Assembly (NCBI GenBank): GCA_035542695.1
Contig: DATKKY010000328.1
Location: 1-37,941 of the forward strand
DNA: 37,941 nucleotides
Direction: 5' to 3'
Source: a bacterium
GTDB taxonomy: Bacteria > Arandabacterota > Arandabacteria > Arandabacterales > Arandabacteraceae
Part shown: one piece after another, positions 17,983 to 24,929 of the stretch
How the letters are laid out: every line of letters starts with the position of its first letter
Numbering within the stretch: position 1 is the stretch's first letter
Program-made: the position numbers and the translations under genes
The notes under the pieces: generated by a model
The model's database searches: none
What the model saw: the letters and a program-made list of their open reading frames with translations, nothing else
Told to the model about the DNA's origin: nothing

Positions 17983-18693
17983 ATGAGACACTGTGAACTT
18001 GCCGTCATAATCCCGATGTACAACCCGGGTGAGGGCTGGGTGAGGAAGCTGTCCGAGTCGGCCGATCAACTCAAGGCCGTATTGGACGACAAGGACTTCT
18101 CACTGATAGTAGTCAACGATGGCTCCACCAAGAACGTAGATCCCCAGACGATCGAGGATGCCTCACGTCAATTGGGCAATACGGTTTTCCTATCTTACGT
18201 GTCAAATCAGGGCAAGGGATACGCAATCCGGTACGGGATGGAAAGAGCCGAGGCAGACTACTATGTGTACACCGATCTTGATTTCCCCTTCGGCTACCGT
18301 GCCGTCAGAGACGTGCTCGTCCGCCTGGAGACCGACCATTCGAACTTGGTGATTGGGACCCGCGACCCCGAGTACTTCAAGGTGCTGCCTATCCGGAGAA
18401 GGCTGATTTCCCGAAGCCTGCGCTTCGCTAACTGCGTGCTGACCAGATTCATCGTGAAGGACACGCAAGCAGGCCTCAAAGGTCTTGATAACAAGGCCAA
18501 GAAGGTGTTCTTGTCCACGCGGGTCAACAGCTTTATCTTCGAGCTCGAGTTCATCAAGAAGTGCATCCGACAGGGAATCAACTGCTCATTCATCGGCGTA
18601 AGCCCCCAGCCCAACGTCCGCTTCTCGGACTTTGGCCTGAGAACAATAATGAGAGAACTGGCGAATCTGACCAAGATCCTGCTGAGAACTTGA
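17983..18693 (+). CDS. Family 2 glycosyltransferase (small polyprenyl-phosphate sugar transferase-like)
   Basis: LAVIIPMYNPGE..LIVVNDGST..YVYTDLDFP (DxD region). The TTG at 17857 in the ORF track is rejected in favour of ATG 17983 (MRHCELAVIIPMYN). Confidence 0.8.
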   Translation: MRHCELAVIIPMYNPGEGWVRKLSESADQLKAVLDDKDFSLIVVNDGSTKNVDPQTIEDASRQLGNTVFLSYVSNQGKGYAIRYGMERAEADYYVYTDLDFPFGYRAVRDVLVRLETDHSNLVIGTRDPEYFKVLPIRRRLISRSLRFANCVLTRFIVKDTQAGLKGLDNKAKKVFLSTRVNSFIFELEFIKKCIRQGINCSFIGVSPQPNVRFSDFGLRTIMRELANLTKILLRT

Positions 18694-19478
18694 GCCCCCA
18701 AATCCTCCTCAGCTTCGATCTGGAAGAGTTTGACCTGCCGCTGGAATATGGTTGCAGGCTTGACGAGGAGTCCCAGCACCGCGTTACGCTCCAAGGACTC
18801 GAGCCTCTGGTTGGCCTGCTCGAGAAGCACGGGATCCAGGCCACCTTCTTCACGACCTCTTACTTCGCCGAGGCAAATCCCGCCGTGGTGAGGGGGATCG
18901 CCCGGACCCACGAGATCGCCTCCCACGGGTGCCGGCACTCGGATTTCCGCGAAGCAGACTACCACGAGTCCAAGAAGATTCTCCAGGATGTCACCGGGCA
19001 GCCTATCTCGGGGTTCCGGATGCCGCGACTCGGGGCGGTCTCCTTTCGACGTCTCAAAGAGGCTGGCTACCAATACGATTCTTCAATCAATCCCACGCTC
19101 GTGCCGGGCCGTTACAACCATCTTCTCAAGCCCCGCGTCGTCTTGCGCGAAGAGCAAACCGGCCTTTACGAACTGCCCTGCTCGGTCACGCCGATGATCA
19201 GGTTTCCGCTGTTCTGGCTGGCCTTCAAGAACCTGCCGTTCGGCGTTTACCTTACGCTATGCCGCCGGACGCTCCGCGCCGACTCCTATCTCAACTTGTA
19301 TTTTCACCCCTGGGAGTTTGCCGACCTCACCAACTTCAGAATCCCATTCTACTGCAAGCGGACTTCAGGCCAGCACTTGCTCTCGAGATTCGAAAGGCTG
19401 GTCACTGAGCTGGGGCCCGGTGCGAGCTTCAGCTCCATGGCCGACTTCCTGAGAAGTAGAGACTCGGTCTCAGGGTGA
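18690..19478 (+). CDS. Polysaccharide deacetylase (CE4/NodB-homology) family protein
   Basis: ILLSFDLEEFD, ATFF.T, IASHGCRHSDF and YFHPWEF motifs. The proposed TTG start at 18690 overlaps the GT2 stop (TTGA). The upstream ATG at 18561 lies deep inside the GT2 gene. The start is uncertain. Confidence 0.7.
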   Translation: MSPQILLSFDLEEFDLPLEYGCRLDEESQHRVTLQGLEPLVGLLEKHGIQATFFTTSYFAEANPAVVRGIARTHEIASHGCRHSDFREADYHESKKILQDVTGQPISGFRMPRLGAVSFRRLKEAGYQYDSSINPTLVPGRYNHLLKPRVVLREEQTGLYELPCSVTPMIRFPLFWLAFKNLPFGVYLTLCRRTLRADSYLNLYFHPWEFADLTNFRIPFYCKRTSGQHLLSRFERLVTELGPGASFSSMADFLRSRDSVSG

Positions 19479-19537
19479 TTCAGTTCGCCCGAATGCTCCT
19501 GGTGACACTCAGGCCAGCGTGCACCATCCCATCGGTC

Positions 19538-19566
19538 TTGACAGCCGCCCTTCTGCGGAATAGAAT
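19538..19566 (+). promoter_or_regulatory. Sigma70-type promoter of the IclR/ACAD/ETF operon
   Basis: TTGACA (19538-19543), 17-nt spacer, TAGAAT (19561-19566), 50 nt upstream of the IclR start. Confidence 0.55.
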
Positions 19567-19588
19567 AAAGTCGTGCCGATGAAATGCC

Positions 19589-19605
19589 GTTTCAATAAAT
19601 GAAAC
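19589..19605. promoter_or_regulatory. Candidate operator (perfect inverted repeat)
   Basis: GTTTCA-ATAAA-TGAAAC, with a third half-site TGAAAT at 19580-19585. It lies between the -10 box and the IclR start codon. Confidence 0.4.
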
Positions 19606-19615
19606 AGGTGCCATC

Positions 19616-20359
19616 GTGAGCGACTCGGTCAAGCGAGCCTTCCGCATCGTCCGCCACCTGGCCGAAAAGGGACAGGCGGCTAGCCTGGCGGCCATCAGCC
19701 GCGACCTGGAGCTTAACAAGGCCACGGCCCTCAGGTATCTTGCAACCCTTGAGAATCTGGATGTTGTGGAGAGATGCGAAGGCGGCTACCGGCTGGGATT
19801 GGCTTTGTACGAGTTGGGCAATCGAGTTGCGGTCCGGCAGGTGGTGGTCGCCCGCGTTGACTCCCATATGCGCGACCTCTGCGAGGAAGTCAACGAGACG
19901 GTCAATCTGGCGCAGCTCTTTCGCGACCGGGCTCTTTACTTGCACAAGATCGAGAGCCGCCGGAGCCTCCAGATGCGGGCCGATCCCGGCAGCGAGCTGC
20001 CCCTCTACTGCACGGCCCTGGGCAAGGCCATTCTCTCGGCAGTAAATGGCGGCCGAGAGAAGGACTTGCTGGCAGGCATCACGCTCAAGCGCCACGCTCC
20101 AGCCACTATCATGTCTAAGACCCAACTCGCCCGTGAGATCGAAAGAGTGCGCCATATTGGATACGCGGTGGACCACGAGGAATTTGAAGTTGGCCTGACT
20201 TGTATCGCTGCGCCTTTGGTTGTTCCCGAGCACGATTTCTGCGGGGCCGTCAGCATCTCTGCGCCCACCCTGCGCATGCCGGAGAAGACCATCCGGAGCT
20301 GCTCCGAGAAGTTGCGCCGCACACGCGATATCATGCACCGGGTCCTGCTTGGTCAATGA
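19616..20359 (+). CDS. IclR family transcriptional regulator
   Basis: N-terminal wHTH region (AFRIVRHLAE..ASLAAISRDLELNKATALRYLATLE) and a C-terminal IclR effector domain (..LPLYCTALGKAILS..GYAVDHEEFE.GLTCIAAP). GTG start with an AGGTG SD. Confidence 0.85.
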   Translation: MSDSVKRAFRIVRHLAEKGQAASLAAISRDLELNKATALRYLATLENLDVVERCEGGYRLGLALYELGNRVAVRQVVVARVDSHMRDLCEEVNETVNLAQLFRDRALYLHKIESRRSLQMRADPGSELPLYCTALGKAILSAVNGGREKDLLAGITLKRHAPATIMSKTQLAREIERVRHIGYAVDHEEFEVGLTCIAAPLVVPEHDFCGAVSISAPTLRMPEKTIRSCSEKLRRTRDIMHRVLLGQ

Positions 20360-20370
20360 GGAGGTCGAAG

Positions 20371-21504
20371 ATGGACTTTGATCTGCCTAAGGATGTTGCG
20401 CTGGTGGGCCGCACCGTGCGCCAGTTCGCCGAGACCACGATCGCCCCGCTGGTGGCGGAGATGGAAGCCAGCCAACGCTTCCCGAGCGAGCTCGTCCGCC
20501 AGATGGGCGAAATCGGCATCCTGGGCCTGGTGATCCCGCCGAAGTACGGCGGCTCGGGTTTGGGGTATCTAGCCCGCACCGTGGCCATCGAAGAGGTGAG
20601 CCGGGTCTCCGCAGCCGTCGGCCTGGCGCTGCAGGTCCATCATATGGGAGCGGCCACCCTGGTGGAATTCGGTACTGAAGCCCAGAAGCGAAAGTACCTG
20701 CCGCCGCTGGCCCGCGGCGACTACTTGGGCACGTGCGCGATCACCGAGCCGACCGGCGGCTCGGACTTGCTCAGCATGGCCACCACCGCGGAACCTTCAG
20801 TCGGCGGCTATGTCCTGAACGGCCGCAAGTGTTTCATCACAAATAGCCACCTGTCCCAAGCACCGATCTTCGTTGCCAAGACCGGTGACGGCCCTAAGGG
20901 CTTGAGTGCCTTCGTCGTGGACGCGGGGACGGCCGGCTTCACGCCCGGCCGCGATGAGCACAAGCTGGGGCTTTGGGGCGCCAACACGGGCGAGCTGATT
21001 TTCAAGAATTGCCAGCTGCCCCAGCAGAATATGATTGGCAATGAAGGCGAGGGCATGACGATCGCGCTCAAGATCATCAGCGAAGTCGGGCGGGCCGGCA
21101 TGGCGGCTGTTGCCCTGGGCATCATTCAGGCCAGTTACGACGAAGCAGTCAAGTTCGCCAAGGAGCGGAATCTTTATGGCCGGCCGATTGCCCAGCTCCA
21201 GGCAATTCAGTGGCATGTGGCTGACATCTACGCCCAACTTGCAGCGTCACGCCTGCTTTGCTACAGGGCTTCTTGGCTGAAGGATGCGGGCCGGGACTGC
21301 GCCATCGAGACGACGCTCGGTAAGACTTACACGACCGATGCCGCGGTCAGCTGCGCCCGCAAGGCTCTGGAGATTCACGGCGGCTGCGGCTCGATGATGG
21401 AATATCCAGTGCAACGGCTCTTCCGCGACGCCATGGTCTGCGTTTCGGCCGGCGGCACCACTGAGATCGGCAAGCTGGTGATGGCGCGGGCTGCGCTCGC
21501 CTGA
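20371..21504 (+). CDS. Acyl-CoA dehydrogenase family protein (butyryl-CoA dehydrogenase-like fold)
   Basis: MDFDLPKD.., AITEPTGGSDL, CFITNS and GG..EYPV.RLFRDA motifs. GAGGAGG SD lies 6 nt before ATG 20371. The ORF-track start at 20200 is rejected because it overlaps IclR. Confidence 0.85.
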   Translation: MDFDLPKDVALVGRTVRQFAETTIAPLVAEMEASQRFPSELVRQMGEIGILGLVIPPKYGGSGLGYLARTVAIEEVSRVSAAVGLALQVHHMGAATLVEFGTEAQKRKYLPPLARGDYLGTCAITEPTGGSDLLSMATTAEPSVGGYVLNGRKCFITNSHLSQAPIFVAKTGDGPKGLSAFVVDAGTAGFTPGRDEHKLGLWGANTGELIFKNCQLPQQNMIGNEGEGMTIALKIISEVGRAGMAAVALGIIQASYDEAVKFAKERNLYGRPIAQLQAIQWHVADIYAQLAASRLLCYRASWLKDAGRDCAIETTLGKTYTTDAAVSCARKALEIHGGCGSMMEYPVQRLFRDAMVCVSAGGTTEIGKLVMARAALA

Positions 21505-21514
21505 GGAGACAGGC

Positions 21515-22369
21515 ATGGCAAAGACAGCCAAGAAAGCTAACAAGGTGAGCCCGGCTCGCGGCGCGCGCACCAAATTGCATATAGTGGTCTGCATCAAGCC
21601 CGTGCCCGACCCGGCAGCGTGGAGCAAGCTTAGGCTCCACCCCGACACCATGCTCCTCAACCGCGCCGAGCTTGGGGCAGTTATCAACCCTCTTGATCTC
21701 AACGCGATCGAGCAGGCTCTCGCGATCAAGGAGGCCTCAGCCGCCGGAATATCGGTGCTCACGATGGCTCCACCTGCCGCCGAGGACCAGCTGCGCGAGG
21801 CGCTGGCAATGGGCTGCGACGAGGCTTATCTCGCAAGCGACCGCGCCTTCGCCGGCGCTGACACACTCTCCACCGCGCGCTGTCTGGCTGCAGCGATCCG
21901 CAAGATCGGCGATGTCGATCTGGTCTTCTGCGGAGCCTACTCGGCCGACGGCAGCACCGCCCAAGTCGGACCACAAATCGCCGAGCTGCTCGAGATGCCT
22001 GACCTCACCCATGTGGTAGGCATTGAGATGGTCCCAGGCGGGCTGCGGGTGGTCTGCAAAGTGGAAGACGGTACGGTGGCCGCCGAATGTGGGTTCCCGG
22101 CGCTCCTGACCTTTGACCGTGAAGCCAACCGGCCGCGGCTCGCTACTATGCCGGGCATCCGCCGGGCCCGAGGGTTGGCAGTTATCTCATGGACCGCAAC
22201 CGACCTCGGCCTCGACCCGGCCCTTACGGGACTCCAAGGATCGCCGACTCAGATGCTCAATGTGTTCACGCAGCCGACAGGCCGCAAAGGCGAGATGCTG
22301 AGCGGCAGCGCCGCGGAGATGGCCGAGAACTTACTTGCAAGGCTGCATGCTGCCAAGGTGCTGGAGTGA
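21515..22369 (+). CDS. etfB: Electron transfer flavoprotein beta subunit
   Basis: HIVVCIKPVPD, NPLDLNAIEQAL, GADTLSTA, DLVFCG..S.DG.TAQVGP.IAE and a GLQGSPTQ arm of the clostridial/Fix-like type. GAGGAG-N6-ATG. Confidence 0.9.
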   Translation: MAKTAKKANKVSPARGARTKLHIVVCIKPVPDPAAWSKLRLHPDTMLLNRAELGAVINPLDLNAIEQALAIKEASAAGISVLTMAPPAAEDQLREALAMGCDEAYLASDRAFAGADTLSTARCLAAAIRKIGDVDLVFCGAYSADGSTAQVGPQIAELLEMPDLTHVVGIEMVPGGLRVVCKVEDGTVAAECGFPALLTFDREANRPRLATMPGIRRARGLAVISWTATDLGLDPALTGLQGSPTQMLNVFTQPTGRKGEMLSGSAAEMAENLLARLHAAKVLE

Positions 22370-22379
22370 GGAGAAAGCA

Positions 22380-24896
22380 ATGTCGCCGGTGACAGCCAGA
22401 CCGAGCGATAGTGGAGCCAAGCAGGCAGCCGGGACGATTTGGGTGCTTGCCTCGCACCACGACGGCAGGGTGGATACTGTCGCGCTGGAGCTTCTGGGCA
22501 AAGGCGCCGAGCTGGCAGCGAGGGGTAACCTCACTCTGGAGGCCGTGATTTTCGGGAGCCTGGCTGGCGGCCTGGCCGAAGAACTCCTGGACTGGGGGCC
22601 GGCCGTGGTCCACTGGGTCGGCGATCCGCGGCTCGATGTCTTCTCAAGTGTCACCTATGCCTGGGCGCTGGCCGAGCTGGCGCGGCGCCACCGCCCGGAA
22701 ATAATCCTGCTCGGTTCGGACAGCCGTAACGCGTCGCTCGCTGCGCGAGTAGCTGCGCGGCTCGGCACCGGGCTTTCGGCTCACTGCATCGATATCAAGT
22801 TGGAACGCGGCCTGCTGGTCCAGACCGTACCCGGCTTCGGCGGCAACATCCTGGCCAACATCGTCTGCCCCGAGGCCCGGCCTCAGATGGCAACCGTTAC
22901 GCCAGGCGTTTTCCGGGCGGTCCGGACGCGCCGCCATGGGGCCAGAGTCGTGAAGACCGAAGTACCCATCCCCGACGGGCTGCGGAACGCAAGCCTCCGG
23001 GAAACTCGACGGCGGGAAAGTCGAGCCAGCCGTGCCGTCGAGAAGGCCGAGATTGTGGTGGCTGGTGGGTTTGGCGTCGGCAGCCGCGAGAATTGGACGC
23101 TCCTCGAGGAATTGGCATCGGTCCTCAAGGCTGCGGTCGGTGCGACGCGCCCGCCGGTGGATGAGGGGTGGGCTGCTGCCGAGCAGATGATCGGCGCCAG
23201 CGGCAAGGTGATTGCCCCCAAACTCTACATCTGCGCCGGGGTGTCCGGCATGATGCACCATACCGTGGGCATACAGCGCGCCAAGACGATTGTAGCTATC
23301 AATAGCGATCCCAGGGCACCTATTTTCGCTGCAGCTGACTACGGCCTGGTAGGCGACCTCAGAGAAGTGCTGCCCGCACTCACCCATCGGCTGCGGACGG
23401 GCCAAGCGCTGGCTCGCGAGATCCAGCCGCCTGAGAATACTCGGACGGCCGGGGAATTCCGTGAGAGCCTGCGCCGGATGACGCCCAACATATACAAGTT
23501 CGGCACTCTGATCGAGGACCCGGTATCCGACCCGCGGACGCGGCGCACGGTCGAGGGGCATGCTCAGATCTACGAGGCTGCGCGCGATCCCCGTTACCAG
23601 GACTTGCTTACCACAGTCTCTCATCTGACCGGCAAGCGGGTTTCCCGGTACCTGTCTATTATCAGATCGCCGGAGGACATGTTCGCCAACAGCCGCCTCA
23701 AACGGCTGATGTTCCAGTTGACCGGCACTTGCACCGGCGGCAGGTGCGCCGGGTGGGCCGCGCTTAACGCCATGTGGTCCACCACCTGGGACATCGACAA
23801 GCAGCATGGCACTAACTACCACCAGCGGCTCCAGAATTGGCTAGCTGATGCGCAGGCCCGCGATATCGCGGTGGCGGGAGCGCTGACCGACGCCAAGGGC
23901 CAACGCCGCCTGGCACCTTCCAAGCAGCCTGATCCCGACATGTACTTGCATGTGATCGAACGTCGTCCGGATGGGATCGTGGTGCGGGGCGCCAAGGTGA
24001 TGATCTGCGGCACAGCTGCCGCCAACGAGATATTCGTGATGCCTACCACCCGCTTGAGGCGGGATGATGCGGACTACGCCGTCTCCTTCGTCATTCCCAA
24101 GGACACACCGGGGCTGACGATTGTGGAGGCCCGCCACGCATCAGACATTCGCGACCTGGATGAGGGATTCGACAATCCGGTGGCCCACGGTGGTATCACC
24201 CAAGCCTACCTCTTCTTCGACAAGGTCTTTGTGCCGACCGAACGGGTTTTCATGAACGGCGAGTACGATTTCGCTGGTGAGGCTGTCTTCCGCTTCACAT
24301 TGCCCTACCGGTCGGCCATCGGCGGTTGTGTTGCCGGGCAGGGCGATGTGATGATCGGCGCATCGATCCTGATCGCGCGAGCCAACGGGCTTGACGAGAA
24401 GGTATTCCGCGACAAGCTGACTCAGATGATAATCAACAACGAGACCACTTTCGGCATGGGCATCGCGGCGGCCGTGATGGGCAGCGCCCACCCGTCGGGC
24501 GCGTGGCTGCCCGACCCGGTGCTGGCTCACGCCACCAAGGTCCACGTGGCAACGCTGCCCTATGAGACCAAGCGGCTGACCCAGGAGATCGCGGGGGGAA
24601 TTGCCGAGACCGGGTGCATGCCTTCGTACGAGGATTTCATGAGCGGCTCGTACGGTCACCTGATTCAGAAGTATCTGAAGGCCAATTCCCCGGCTGAGAC
24701 CCGTATGCGTGTAGCGCGATTGATCGAATGGCTGACGCTGGGCGCCGGTGTGCCGGGCTGCATGCACGGTGGCGGCTCGCCAGACGGAGCCCGAATGACA
24801 GTCTGGTCCGAGGCCAGACTGGACGAGATGATAGAGATGGCCAAGCGGATCGGCGGCATCTCCGACATATCGCTGGCCAAGCCTCCAGGCAAATAG
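22380..24896 (+). CDS. Fusion protein: electron transfer flavoprotein alpha subunit (N-terminal) plus a 4-hydroxybutyryl-CoA dehydratase/vinylacetyl-CoA isomerase (AbfD/HpaB-family) module (C-terminal)
   Basis: The EtfA part has IWVLASHHDG.., VVAGGFGVGS and LYICAGVSGMMHHTVGIQRAKTIVAINSDPRAPIF..DYGLVGDL. The AbfD-like part has FRESLRRMTPNIYKFG, GTNYH, GALTDAKGQRRLAPS, PDGIVVRGAK, DYAVSFV, YDFAG, ETRMRVARL and HGGGSP. It is one uninterrupted frame. GAGGAG-N6-ATG at 22380. Confidence 0.85.
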   Translation: MSPVTARPSDSGAKQAAGTIWVLASHHDGRVDTVALELLGKGAELAARGNLTLEAVIFGSLAGGLAEELLDWGPAVVHWVGDPRLDVFSSVTYAWALAELARRHRPEIILLGSDSRNASLAARVAARLGTGLSAHCIDIKLERGLLVQTVPGFGGNILANIVCPEARPQMATVTPGVFRAVRTRRHGARVVKTEVPIPDGLRNASLRETRRRESRASRAVEKAEIVVAGGFGVGSRENWTLLEELASVLKAAVGATRPPVDEGWAAAEQMIGASGKVIAPKLYICAGVSGMMHHTVGIQRAKTIVAINSDPRAPIFAAADYGLVGDLREVLPALTHRLRTGQALAREIQPPENTRTAGEFRESLRRMTPNIYKFGTLIEDPVSDPRTRRTVEGHAQIYEAARDPRYQDLLTTVSHLTGKRVSRYLSIIRSPEDMFANSRLKRLMFQLTGTCTGGRCAGWAALNAMWSTTWDIDKQHGTNYHQRLQNWLADAQARDIAVAGALTDAKGQRRLAPSKQPDPDMYLHVIERRPDGIVVRGAKVMICGTAAANEIFVMPTTRLRRDDADYAVSFVIPKDTPGLTIVEARHASDIRDLDEGFDNPVAHGGITQAYLFFDKVFVPTERVFMNGEYDFAGEAVFRFTLPYRSAIGGCVAGQGDVMIGASILIARANGLDEKVFRDKLTQMIINNETTFGMGIAAAVMGSAHPSGAWLPDPVLAHATKVHVATLPYETKRLTQEIAGGIAETGCMPSYEDFMSGSYGHLIQKYLKANSPAETRMRVARLIEWLTLGAGVPGCMHGGGSPDGARMTVWSEARLDEMIEMAKRIGGISDISLAKPPGK

Positions 24897-24929
24897 AGAC
24901 TCAGGCCGTACAGCCGGACTTCCCGAAGC

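Noticed and set aside
22644-23822. 392-aa ORF on the minus strand
   Set aside because: It is antisense to the EtfA-AbfD fusion gene and has shadow-ORF composition.
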